A DNA stretch of 64,000 nucleotides, from the NCBI GenBank assembly GCA_038247245.1, contig JBBRVE010000001.1, positions 2,296 through 66,295 on the forward strand, read 5' to 3'. The notes under the pieces were generated by a model. That model worked only from the letters and a program-made list of their open reading frames with translations. It did no database searches and was not told the DNA's origin. The stretch comes from Bdellovibrionales bacterium. GTDB taxonomy: Bacteria > Pseudomonadota > Alphaproteobacteria > Micavibrionales > UBA2020. Made by a program: the position numbers and the translations under genes. Below are positions 1 to 8,378 of this stretch, piece by piece (position 1 is the stretch's first letter; every line of letters begins with the position of its first letter).

Positions 1-1
1 G

Positions 2-376
2 AATGTGGCGGCGGTATTAAAAACCGCGTTCGGTTTCCACTGGGTCGGTTTTTACCGCACGCTGAAACCCGAATTGTTAACGCTGGGGCCATTTCAGGGG
101 CCGCTCGCCTGCGTCGATATCCCGTTTTCAAAAGGCGTCTGCGGCAAGGCCGCCCGCGACCGCGCCACGGTGATTGTGCCGGATGTGGGGGCGTTTCCCG
201 GCCATATCGCCTGCAGCAGCCTGAGCAAATCCGAAATCGTCGTGCCGGGCGTGGTGAACGGCCAAACGCTGTTTGTGCTGGATGTGGACAGCGACACCCT
301 GAATGACTTCGACGCCCGCGATCAGGACGGGTTGGAGGGGATTGTGGCGGCCCTCATAAGAGCCTCCGCTTTTTAA
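2..376 (+). CDS. msrC: GAF-domain free methionine-(R)-sulfoxide reductase (MsrC/YebR family); 5' end cut by the window edge
   Basis: The ORF is open from the window edge. The translation (WVGFY...LGPFQGPLACVDIPFSKGVCGKAA...GHIACSSLSKSEIVVP...VLDVDS) matches the YebR-type GAF core. Confidence 0.85.
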   Translation, partial: NVAAVLKTAFGFHWVGFYRTLKPELLTLGPFQGPLACVDIPFSKGVCGKAARDRATVIVPDVGAFPGHIACSSLSKSEIVVPGVVNGQTLFVLDVDSDTLNDFDARDQDGLEGIVAALIRASAF

Positions 377-380
377 TATG

Positions 381-413
381 CCCGTCATCCCCGCCTTGTG
401 CGGGGATGACGGG
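381..413. repeat. REP-like perfect palindrome (14-bp stem, 5-nt loop)
   Basis: cccgtcatccccgc-cttgt-gcggggatgacggg. Its core ccccgccttgtgcgggg is near-identical to two palindromes at 63840-63938. Confidence 0.7.
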
Positions 414-425
414 ATGAGGAAAATT

Positions 426-463
426 AAAAAACCCGCCGGTCTTGCGACGCGGCGGGTTTCTTT
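426..463. terminator. Bidirectional rho-independent terminator between msrC and rplI
   Basis: An A-run, the stem acccgccg/cggcgggt and then ttctttaaagttttt, lying between convergent genes. Confidence 0.7.
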
Positions 464-479
464 AAAGTTTTTCGCGAAA

Positions 480-1106
480 TTAAGCGGCAGCTTCTTCTTG
501 CTGTTCGCCAGCTTCGGCTTCGGCGGCTGCAGCTGCTGCTGTAGCGGCTTTTTCCTGGGCTTCGATCGCCTTGATCGCGCGGGCAGACAGGCTGTCTTCG
601 CGGTCGTTGTCGGCTTTCTGGATGAGTGCTTCGCCGCGCTCTTCCTGAATTTTCGCTTCTTCTTTCGAACGGGCGATGTTGATGATCACTTCGACCGTCA
701 CTTCAGGGTGCAGCGTGACCTTCACCGGGTACAGGCCGAGCAGTTTATATGCGCGTTCCATACGGACCTGGTTGCGGTCGATCTTGAAGCCTTGTTCAAC
801 GACAGCTTCCGCGATGTCGCGGCCGCTGACCGAACCATAGAGCTGGCCGGCTTCGGAAGCCTGGCGGATGATCGCGGCGTGGATGCCGTTGACCTTCTTG
901 CCCAGCTTTTCCGCTTCGTCGCGGCGTTTCAGGTTGTCGGCTTCCAGCACTTTCTTCTGGCCTTCGAACAGGGCGACGTTCGCCTTGGTCGCGCGGAGCG
1001 CTTTGCTCTGCGGCAGCAGGAAGTTGCGGGCATAACCGGGTTTTACGTTGACGACTTCGCCCATCTGGCCAAGGCTCTCGACGCGTTCCAACAGGATTAC
1101 TTGCAT
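480..1106 (-). CDS. rplI: 50S ribosomal protein L9, with an Ala/Glu-rich C-terminal extension
   Basis: MQVILLERVESLGQMGEVVNVKPGYARNFLLPQ is the canonical L9 N-terminus. An AAGGAG RBS lies 9 nt upstream of the ATG at 1106; the tracked ORF start at 1112 is a TTG. Confidence 0.95.
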   Translation of the reverse strand: MQVILLERVESLGQMGEVVNVKPGYARNFLLPQSKALRATKANVALFEGQKKVLEADNLKRRDEAEKLGKKVNGIHAAIIRQASEAGQLYGSVSGRDIAEAVVEQGFKIDRNQVRMERAYKLLGLYPVKVTLHPEVTVEVIINIARSKEEAKIQEERGEALIQKADNDREDSLSARAIKAIEAQEKAATAAAAAAEAEAGEQQEEAAA

Positions 1107-1119
1107 GTTCAATTACTCC

Positions 1120-1413
1120 TTAGTTCGCGACGTAAGGCAGCAGAGCAAGGAAGCGGGCGCGCTTGATCTCGCGGGCCAGCTTGCGTTGCGCTTTCTGCGA
1201 CACAGCGGTGATACGGGACGGGACGATCTTGCCGCGCTCGGAAATGTAACGGCCGAGCATCTTGGGATCTTTGTAGTCGATCGCGGGCGCGTTCTTGCCC
1301 GTGAAGGGGCAGGATTTGCGACGGCGGAAGAACGGACGGCGTGCGCCACCGGCGCCGCCTTTGCGGTCGCCTTCGGGTTTACGGTCGCCGAAAGTTTTCT
1401 TTTCGAAAGCCAT
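1120..1413 (-). CDS. rpsR: 30S ribosomal protein S18
   Basis: Translation ...[60 protein letters not shown]. Confidence 0.95.
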   Translation of the reverse strand: MAFEKKTFGDRKPEGDRKGGAGGARRPFFRRRKSCPFTGKNAPAIDYKDPKMLGRYISERGKIVPSRITAVSQKAQRKLAREIKRARFLALLPYVAN

Positions 1414-1913
1414 TATTCTGCTCCTTCTTTGGAGGTTTCATTCGAAGCTGCGGGTGCGCCGTCGCGGTTGTCGCGACGATAGCCTTTGTCGCCGCCGAAG
1501 CCGCCGCGGGAACCGCGATCGCCGCCACGGAAGCCGCCGCCTTCGCGACCTTCACGGTCGCCGCCGCGGAAACCGCCTTCTTCGCTCTCATCCGAAGACT
1601 TCAGGACAGCCGAGGGGCCTTCCGGAAGTTTTTCGATCGAGACGGTCATATAGCGCAGGACATCTTCGTTGAGGCGCATGTTGCGTTCCATCTCGACCAC
1701 GCAGGAAGAGGGGCCGTCGATGTGCAGCAGCGTGTAGTGGCCTTTGCGGTTTTTCTTGATTTTGTAAGCGAGGTTGCGGAGGCCCCAGCTTTCGGTTTTC
1801 TTGACGTCGCCGCCATTGTCGGTTGCGATCTTGCCGAAGTTTTTGGCGAGGTCTTCCGCAGCTTTTGCGGAAATGTCCTGCCGCGCGATAAACACGGTTT
1901 CGTATAAAGCCAT
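1413..1913 (-). CDS. rpsF: 30S ribosomal protein S6, with an RGG/Asp-rich C-terminal tail
   Basis: [15 protein letters not shown]...[26 protein letters not shown] is the S6 core. Its stop overlaps the rpsR start by 1 nt. Confidence 0.95.
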   Translation of the reverse strand: MALYETVFIARQDISAKAAEDLAKNFGKIATDNGGDVKKTESWGLRNLAYKIKKNRKGHYTLLHIDGPSSCVVEMERNMRLNEDVLRYMTVSIEKLPEGPSAVLKSSDESEEGGFRGGDREGREGGGFRGGDRGSRGGFGGDKGYRRDNRDGAPAASNETSKEGAE

Positions 1914-2171
1914 TGATGTTTCCCTTGGGTTTAGCCGGCTTGCCGCTGTTTGCCTGAACCTTCAGGCACCAGCCGCGCAAACCATAGCTGCCAAGGATTA
2001 TTCCCTGACAGCGGGTTTCGTACCGCGTGGTTATAGATGGATTCCCGTAAGAAACACAAGAAATATCCCGCAAATCCCCGAAAAACTTGGTTTTTCGACA
2101 CGAAAGGCTTGTTTTGGTTGCCATAATATAATAATATTCCCCATCGCACCAAGGGAATAGGGGGATTCTGC

Positions 2172-2621
2172 ATGATGAAAGACGATATGGATTTCCGCTT
2201 CCGTGGCGCTGGCAACTATGCCGATGTGTTCAACAACGCCTTCTGGCTGGACGAAAATCAGGAATACCACCGCGACGGGGCGCCCGCCATTAAATATGCC
2301 GACGGCGGCGAGATGTGGATGCAGCACGGCAAGCCCCACCGCGACGGGGACGAGCCCGCCATCACCGATTCACAAGGCAGCAAGGGCTGGTACAAGGACG
2401 GCCAGTTCCACCGCCTTGGCAAGCCCGCCGTCATGAATGCCGACGGATCGACCGAATACTGGATCGAAGGCAAGCAGCTGAACCCCCGCGAGATCGAAGA
2501 CCACCTGCGCCGGTACAAAAGCGAGGAAGACGTCCAGCGCGGTTTCGAGGTCGCCGACGCCCTGCGCCATTCCGCGCATCCGAAGGTGACCGCACCCAAG
2601 ACCGCCTCTTTTTCAAGATAA
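2172..2621 (+). CDS. Repeat protein with about 23-aa W-x3-G-x2-HR-x-G-x-PA repeats (MORN-variant/YwqK-like)
   Basis: Three to four tandem units: FWLDENQEYHRDGAPAIKYADGGE / MWMQHGKPHRDGDEPAITDSQGSK / GWYKDGQFHRLGKPAVMNADGSTE / YWIEGKQL. A purine-rich RBS precedes the ATG. Confidence 0.7.
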   Translation: MMKDDMDFRFRGAGNYADVFNNAFWLDENQEYHRDGAPAIKYADGGEMWMQHGKPHRDGDEPAITDSQGSKGWYKDGQFHRLGKPAVMNADGSTEYWIEGKQLNPREIEDHLRRYKSEEDVQRGFEVADALRHSAHPKVTAPKTASFSR

Positions 2622-2748
2622 TCAGGCCGTTATTCTTTTTCCCATATAAAAAATTGACATATTGCTGCCGCGTGCTAAGACTCGGCCCGCTGGCGCGAGC
2701 CGGCATTTTTAAAAACAACAATCATTTAAAACCCGAGGAATGTGCAAC

Positions 2749-3084
2749 ATGACGACCGAAACCACCCCCGCCGCCGCTGCGCCGGATGAAAGCAAGAAAC
2801 CCGCGCTGTTCGAAATTTTCCGCGCCGCTGTCTGGGGCGAGCTGATCCCCGGCGGCCGTCAGGAAATCCAGGCCGCGATTGACGACGGCAAGAAACAGGG
2901 CGTGACCGATCAGGATCTGGAATGGCTGTCCGGCCTTGATGGCAAAAGCTTCCGCGCCTATTTCGGCGAAAAAGCGATCAACCGCGACCTCGAAAACGCG
3001 ATGAAGGCGACGGATGCGATGACCGAAGCGTTCCATTACACGCCGATGTTCAAGGCACAGGGCTTCTACGGCCCGAAAGCCTGA
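2749..3084 (+). CDS. Hypothetical protein
   Basis: ORF with a GAGGA RBS 9 nt upstream of the ATG at 2749, followed by a terminator. No family recognised. Confidence 0.6.
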   Translation: MTTETTPAAAAPDESKKPALFEIFRAAVWGELIPGGRQEIQAAIDDGKKQGVTDQDLEWLSGLDGKSFRAYFGEKAINRDLENAMKATDAMTEAFHYTPMFKAQGFYGPKA

Positions 3085-3103
3085 TAGATTTTCTATCGAA
3101 TAC

Positions 3104-3136
3104 AAAAAGCCCTCCGGCAACGGGGGGCTTTTTTGT
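3104..3136 (+). terminator. Rho-independent terminator
   Basis: aaaaagccctccggcaacggggggctttttt: a GC stem followed by a T-run. Confidence 0.75.
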
Positions 3137-3317
3137 TGGCCGGTGGTCATGCGTATTTATGATAAATTACGTTGCGTTTTTAGCAATTATGTGCTATATT
3201 GGGCTGGATAACGGTTATTGAACATTGTGAACAAAGGCACCAAAGACCCCGAGGGCTTGAACGCGCGGGGAAACCCGTCTATTGAGGGGGACAATCAAAA
3301 TTCAGGAGCCAAAGCGC

Positions 3318-4259
3318 ATGAAAGCATTCGTATTTCCGGGACAGGGCAGCCAGACGGTCGGCATGGGCAAGGATCTGGCCGATGCATTCGCCCCCGCCCG
3401 CGAAGTGTTTCAGGAAGTGGACGACGCGCTGGGCCAGAAACTGTCGAAGCTGATTTTCGAAGGCCCCGACACCGAATTGAACCTGACCGAAAACACGCAG
3501 CCCGCGCTGATGGCGGTTTCCATGGCGGTCGTGCGCGTGCTGGAACAGGCGAAGCCCGGGTTGATCACCCCTGCCCGCTGCAAATTTGTGGCGGGGCATT
3601 CACTGGGCGAATATTCCGCCCTCACCGCCGCCGGTACATTCTCTATTGCCGATACCGCGCGCCTGTTGAAAATCCGTGGGCAGGCAATGCAGAAGGCCGT
3701 TCCCGTCGGCGTCGGCGCGATGGCGGCGATCCTGGGCCTTGAACTGGCCGATGTGACCGCGATTGTGAAAGAGGCTTCCGGCACCGAAATCGTTTCCGCC
3801 GCGAATGACAATTCATTCGGCCAGGTTGTGGTGAGCGGCCACAAGGCTGCCGTGGAAAAGGCCGTTGCCCTCGCCACCGCCAAGGGCGCGAAGCGCGCGA
3901 TCATCCTGCCCGTTTCCGCCCCGTTCCATTGCGCGCTGATGCAGCCCGCGGCCGACGCCATGAAATCGGCGCTGGCGGAAGTGCATATGAACGCGCCCGC
4001 CGTGCCGCTGGTCGCCAACGTGATTGCCGAACAAGTGACCGACCCCGCGCGCATCCGCCAGTTGCTGGTCGAGCAGGTGACCGGCATGGTGCGCTGGCGC
4101 GAGAGCGTGATGTATATGAAGGCGCAAGGCGTGACCGAGCTGATCGAGCTGGGCGCGGGCAAAGTTTTGAACGGGTTGACCAAGCGCATCGACGCCGACC
4201 TGACGGGGCGCGCCGTGAACGCGCCCAAGGATATCGAAGAATTCGCGGCAACCCTTTAA
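3318..4259 (+). CDS. fabD: Malonyl-CoA:ACP transacylase
   Basis: MKAFVFPGQGSQTVGMGKDL..., GHSLGEYSAL (active-site Ser) and ...SAPFHCALM. An AGGAG RBS is at 3304-3308. The tracked ORF start at 3282 is an upstream extension. Confidence 0.95.
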   Translation: MKAFVFPGQGSQTVGMGKDLADAFAPAREVFQEVDDALGQKLSKLIFEGPDTELNLTENTQPALMAVSMAVVRVLEQAKPGLITPARCKFVAGHSLGEYSALTAAGTFSIADTARLLKIRGQAMQKAVPVGVGAMAAILGLELADVTAIVKEASGTEIVSAANDNSFGQVVVSGHKAAVEKAVALATAKGAKRAIILPVSAPFHCALMQPAADAMKSALAEVHMNAPAVPLVANVIAEQVTDPARIRQLLVEQVTGMVRWRESVMYMKAQGVTELIELGAGKVLNGLTKRIDADLTGRAVNAPKDIEEFAATL

Positions 4260-4260
4260 A

Positions 4261-4701
4261 ATGTGGATCGCCTTCGCCGTTTCCGCATCGGTCCTGTGGG
4301 GATTGAGCTATACCATCACAGAACACCTGATGAAAAAGGTGTCGATCCCGGGCGTGATGCTGGCGGGCGCGATCGGCAGTTTGCTGATCGCATCGACGGC
4401 CGCATTTTTCGCGGGGACATTTCAAAAAGACGTCGCGACGCTGAAAAACGACGCGCCCACGTCATGGCTGCTGGCGGGCAATATCCTGATTTATGTGGCG
4501 GCGAACACGCTGATCCTGCTGGCGACGAAATCGAAAAACGCGACCATGGCGGCGATGATCGAGATCAGCTATCCGCTGTTCACCGCGCTGTTCGCCTATA
4601 TGATCTTCAGGCAGACGCAGTTCAATGCGGGCACGATTGCGGGCGCGACATTGGTGCTGGCGGGCGTGTGCTGCATCTATTACTTTGGTAAAAACATCTA
4701 A
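4261..4701 (+). CDS. Small EamA/DMT-superfamily membrane protein (half-size, about 4-5 TM)
   Basis: 146 aa and hydrophobic throughout. An EamA-like signature is present (SVLWGLSYTITEHL..., IEISYPLFTALFAY..., LAGVCCIYYF). The ATG is 1 nt after the fabD stop. Confidence 0.7.
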   Translation: MWIAFAVSASVLWGLSYTITEHLMKKVSIPGVMLAGAIGSLLIASTAAFFAGTFQKDVATLKNDAPTSWLLAGNILIYVAANTLILLATKSKNATMAAMIEISYPLFTALFAYMIFRQTQFNAGTIAGATLVLAGVCCIYYFGKNI

Positions 4702-4721
4702 ACGTAAACGGGAGAAATCAC

Positions 4722-5459
4722 ATGTTCAGTCTTGCAGGCAAAAAAGCCCTCGTCACGGGCGCATCGGGCGGCATCGGCGGCGCGATTGCAAAAGCATTGC
4801 GCGCGCAAGGCGCGGAAGTGGGCCTGAGCGGTCGCAATGTGGAGGCGCTTAATAAACTCGCCGCCGAAATCGGCGCAGGCACGCATGTATTGCCGGGCGA
4901 TTTAAATACTGCCGAGGCGGCAGATGCGCTGATTAAATCCGCCGAAGAAAAAATGGGACAGGTGGATATCCTTGTGAACAATGCGGGCCTGACCAAGGAC
5001 GGCTTGTTCATGCGCATGAAGGACGAAGACTGGCAGGTGGTGCAGGATGTGAACCTGACCGCCCCGTTCCGCCTGATCCGCGCCGCGATCAAGGGCATGA
5101 TGAAACGCCGCGCAGGCCGCATCATCAACATCACATCGGTCGTCGGCGTGACCGGCAACCCCGGACAGGCGAATTACTGCGCATCGAAAGCCGGCATGAT
5201 CGGCATGAGCAAATCGATGGCGGCCGAAGTCGCCAGCCGCGGCATCACCGTCAACTGCATCGCCCCCGGTTTCATCGCAACAGCCATGACCGAAGCCTTG
5301 AACGAAGACCAGAAATCGAAAATCAACGCCACCATCCCCGCAGGCGCAATGGGCACATCCGAAGACATCGCCGCCTCCGTCGTCTACCTCGCCTCCGACG
5401 AAGCGAAATACGTGACGGGCCAGACGCTGCATGTGAATGGCGGGATGGCGATGATTTGA
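4722..5459 (+). CDS. fabG: 3-oxoacyl-ACP reductase
   Basis: GKKALVTGASGGIGGAIA, NNAG, the YCASKAG catalytic motif, and the ending GQTLHVNGGMAMI. Confidence 0.95.
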   Translation: MFSLAGKKALVTGASGGIGGAIAKALRAQGAEVGLSGRNVEALNKLAAEIGAGTHVLPGDLNTAEAADALIKSAEEKMGQVDILVNNAGLTKDGLFMRMKDEDWQVVQDVNLTAPFRLIRAAIKGMMKRRAGRIINITSVVGVTGNPGQANYCASKAGMIGMSKSMAAEVASRGITVNCIAPGFIATAMTEALNEDQKSKINATIPAGAMGTSEDIAASVVYLASDEAKYVTGQTLHVNGGMAMI

Positions 5460-5483
5460 TGGCGCAGGCGGCCCTTGCATTAC

Positions 5484-5801
5484 ATGGAGAAGTTTTTTAA
5501 ATACAATTTACTTTTCGTACCCATTGCCTTGGGATTGCTTTACTTTGGCCTGTTTTTCTTTCCAGGCTTCTGGATGGCTTTGTCAAACGTACAGCAAAAG
5601 ATCCCACCAACCGCTGTCTTTTTTGGCGTATTATTTAGTGCGATAGGTGATCACCCCGTAATTCACGTTTTAGGCTGCGTGATTTACTACCTAATCTCGA
5701 TACGGTTTTTTAAAGCACTCGTGAACGACATAATAAACTGTACATTGTTGGTTATTTGGTTCATCGGGTTTGCTACTGTTTTTAGTGTAATTTATGAATG
5801 A
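5484..5801 (+). CDS. Hypothetical small membrane protein (AT-rich gene)
   Basis: About 3 predicted TM helices. The DNA is clearly more AT-rich than its flanks. It overlaps the next ORF by 8 nt. First ATG is at 5484; the tracked start at 5475 is a TTG. Confidence 0.5.
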   Translation: MEKFFKYNLLFVPIALGLLYFGLFFFPGFWMALSNVQQKIPPTAVFFGVLFSAIGDHPVIHVLGCVIYYLISIRFFKALVNDIINCTLLVIWFIGFATVFSVIYE

Positions 5802-6528
5802 ACAAAAAAACATGACCCAAACCATCGTCCTGATCGACTACGAAAATGTTGGCGCGGCGGGATTGGATAATTTGCCCGCGCAATGCCGCGTGATGCTGTT
5901 TATCGGGCGCACGCAGGTGTTGCCGAAAAATGCGGATATCGAAAAACTGCTGAACGACGGCAAGCGGGTCGAGTTCATCAAGATGGCGGGGCTGGGCAAG
6001 GACAACCTCGACCATCACCTTGCCCTGTACCTTGGCAAGACGATCGCGCTGGAACCCCATGCCTATTACATCATCATCAGCAACGACAAATCCGGTTTCG
6101 ACCCGCTGGCAAAACATGTGAACGATGTGCTGGGCATTTCCTGCAAGCGCATCACGCCCATCCGGAAACCCGCCGCAAAGCCTGTTCTTGCTGCGCCCGT
6201 AAAACCCGCTGCCCCGCCCGCGAAGCCTGCGATCAAGCCTGCCGCGAAACCCGCACCACCGAAACCCGCGGCGACAGAGAAAAAAGTGAAGCCCGCGGTG
6301 CTTGTCAAAGACGCGCTGAAAAAACTGAATGACGCCGCGACATTGCCTGATACCTGGAACAAGCTGCGCGGCTTTTTAGAAAAAGCGTTGAAGCTACAGC
6401 CCGATATGGCAGGTCAGGTGCTTCATCAAATGGAATTGAAAAAGATATTTGAAGTGAACGACAAAGGCCGCCTCGCCTATGGCAAGGATGTCGTCCGCGC
6501 TGTCGTCACGCCTTCGACCGCCATTTAG
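5794..6528 (+). CDS. NYN/PIN-like (LabA-like) domain protein with a Pro/Ala/Lys-rich linker and a small C-terminal helical domain
   Basis: N-terminal IVLIDYENV...MLFIG...YYIIISNDKSGFDPL resembles the NYN-type acidic active site. The linker reads KPAAKPVLAAPVKPAAPPAKPAIKPAAKPAPPKPAA. The alternative start is M7 at 5812. Confidence 0.6.
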   Translation: MNEQKNMTQTIVLIDYENVGAAGLDNLPAQCRVMLFIGRTQVLPKNADIEKLLNDGKRVEFIKMAGLGKDNLDHHLALYLGKTIALEPHAYYIIISNDKSGFDPLAKHVNDVLGISCKRITPIRKPAAKPVLAAPVKPAAPPAKPAIKPAAKPAPPKPAATEKKVKPAVLVKDALKKLNDAATLPDTWNKLRGFLEKALKLQPDMAGQVLHQMELKKIFEVNDKGRLAYGKDVVRAVVTPSTAI

Positions 6529-6666
6529 TCGCTAAATACCTGAATTTACCGATATTTTTAAACACCCGTTCTATAAATCATCCGCTCTGGCCTATTTTCG
6601 ACCGCGCGCCATCTTATGATCCAGCGGCGCAGCCTTTAAAGTTATGGCAAATACTCTTTTGAATAT

Positions 6667-6694
6667 TTGCAAAGCAGCATTTATGTGATATTCA
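6667..6694 (+). promoter_or_regulatory. Candidate sigma-70 promoter for acpP
   Basis: TTGCAA (6667-6672), a 16-nt spacer, then an extended -10 TGaTATTCA (6686-6694), about 57 nt upstream of the acpP ATG. Motif reading only. Confidence 0.3.
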
Positions 6695-6750
6695 GACCGT
6701 CACGCAAAAAGATTGCGGCAAGTTTTAACGTAACCAAACGAGGAAATGTA

Positions 6751-6993
6751 ATGAGCAACATCGACGAACGCGTCAAGAAAATCGTGGTCGAGCATCTGGG
6801 CGTCGACGGCGCGAAAGTGACCGACAACGCGAGCTTCATCGACGACCTGGGCGCTGACAGCCTCGACACCGTCGAGCTGGTCATGGCTTTCGAAGAAGAA
6901 TTCGGCATCGAGATTCCCGATGACGCGGCTGAAAAGATCCAGACCGTGAAAGACGCGATCTCGTTCATCGCCCAGAACGCCAAGGCCGCTTAA
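6751..6993 (+). CDS. acpP: Acyl carrier protein
   Basis: [18 protein letters not shown]...[29 protein letters not shown] contains the DSLD phosphopantetheine site. The tracked ORF start at 6667 is an upstream extension. Confidence 0.97.
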   Translation: MSNIDERVKKIVVEHLGVDGAKVTDNASFIDDLGADSLDTVELVMAFEEEFGIEIPDDAAEKIQTVKDAISFIAQNAKAA

Positions 6994-7018
6994 CAGCGCC
7001 CGCGTGCTGACGTAAATC

Positions 7019-7058
7019 AAATGGCCCCGTTTCTGTTTTCGACAGGGCGGGGCCATTT
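7019..7058 (+). terminator. Hairpin/attenuator between acpP and fabF
   Basis: The stem aaatggccccg/cggggccattt is followed by only a weak T-tract (ttcgtt). Confidence 0.5.
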
Positions 7059-7100
7059 CGTTATCAACTGTTCTTTTTTCTAAAAACGGCGGGTGTGTGC

Positions 7101-8372
7101 ATGAGACGCGTTGTTGTGACCGGCATGGGAATCCTGAGCCCCTTGGGCAGCGGCCTCGACCATAACTGGGCGGCGATCACCGCCGGCAAATCGGGCCTGC
7201 GCAAGATCAAGGGATTTGACGCGTCGGACCTGCCGTCACAAGTGGCGGGCGAAGTGCCGCTGGCGGCGGAGGGCGATACATCCCCCGGCCTGTTCGATGT
7301 GAACAAATACATCGAGCATAAAGAACAGAAGAAAATGGATACCTTTATCCAGTACGGCTATGCCGCCGCGGTTGACGCGGTCGAGGATAGCGGCTGGAAA
7401 CCGCAGGATGATGAATCGCGCTGCCGCACCGGCGTGCTGATCGGATCGGGCATCGGCGGCCTGACGAATATTCAGGACACGTCGATCATGATGGCGGAAA
7501 AAGGCCCGCGCCGCATCTCGCCGTTCTTTATCCCCTCCTCGCTGATCAACCTGACATCGGGGCAAGTCTCCATCCGTTACGGATTCAAGGGCCCGAACCA
7601 TGCGGTCGTGACGGCCTGCGCGACCGGCAGCCATGCGATTGGCGATGCCGCGCGCCTGATTGCGTTCGACGATGCCGATGTGATGGTGGCGGGCGGGTCC
7701 GAAGCCGCGATCTGCCGCGTCGGCGTGGGGGGCTTTGCCGCCTGCCGCGCGCTATCGACCAGCTATAACGACACACCCGAAAAGGCATCGCGCCCGTTCG
7801 ACAAAGGCCGCGATGGTTTCGTGATTGCCGAAGGCGCAGGCGTTGTGGTGCTGGAGGAATACGAACACGCGAAAAAACGCGGCGCGAAAATTTACGCCGA
7901 AGTGATCGGCTATGGCCTGTCCGGCGATGCGTACCACGTGACCTCCCCCGCCGAAGACGGCAATGGCGGTTTCCGCGCGATGCAGGCGGCGCTGAAGCGC
8001 GCGAATGTGAATCCCGAAGCGGTCAATTACATCAACGCGCATGGCACATCGACGCCGCTGGGCGATGATATCGAGTTGGGCGCGACAAAACGCCTGTTCG
8101 GCGACGCGCTCAAGGGCATCAGCATCTCATCGACCAAATCCGCAATCGGCCACCTGCTGGGGGCTGCGGGCGCGGTGGAGGCGATCTATAGCATCATGGC
8201 AATCAACACCGGCATCATTCCGCCGACGCTGAACCTCGATGATCCGTCCGATGTTGCCGCAGGGCTCGATTTGACCCCGCACAAGGCGAAGGAACGCGAA
8301 GTGAATATCGCGCTGTCGAATTCCTTCGGTTTCGGCGGCACGAATGCCAGCCTCGTCTTCCGCAAGGTATAA
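7101..8372 (+). CDS. fabF: 3-oxoacyl-ACP synthase II
   Basis: [29 protein letters not shown] (active Cys), [33 protein letters not shown]. Confidence 0.95.
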   Translation: MRRVVVTGMGILSPLGSGLDHNWAAITAGKSGLRKIKGFDASDLPSQVAGEVPLAAEGDTSPGLFDVNKYIEHKEQKKMDTFIQYGYAAAVDAVEDSGWKPQDDESRCRTGVLIGSGIGGLTNIQDTSIMMAEKGPRRISPFFIPSSLINLTSGQVSIRYGFKGPNHAVVTACATGSHAIGDAARLIAFDDADVMVAGGSEAAICRVGVGGFAACRALSTSYNDTPEKASRPFDKGRDGFVIAEGAGVVVLEEYEHAKKRGAKIYAEVIGYGLSGDAYHVTSPAEDGNGGFRAMQAALKRANVNPEAVNYINAHGTSTPLGDDIELGATKRLFGDALKGISISSTKSAIGHLLGAAGAVEAIYSIMAINTGIIPPTLNLDDPSDVAAGLDLTPHKAKEREVNIALSNSFGFGGTNASLVFRKV

Positions 8373-8378
8373 TTCCGC

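Noticed and set aside
3218-3742. 174-aa ORF and the upstream extensions of tracked ORFs (fabD from 3282, acpP from 6667, rne from 14165, fabF from 7095, GNAT from 39865, thioesterase from 60779, NTase from 44921).
   Set aside because: Conserved N-termini and RBS positions indicate downstream start codons. The extensions have no homology signal.
6170-6290. Periodic KPAA/PAKP DNA repeats (also at 10880-10980 and 47600-47760); considered as a tandem-repeat or CRISPR-like array.
   Set aside because: They lie inside ORFs and encode Pro/Ala/Lys linkers. There is no repeat-spacer periodicity and there are no cas genes.
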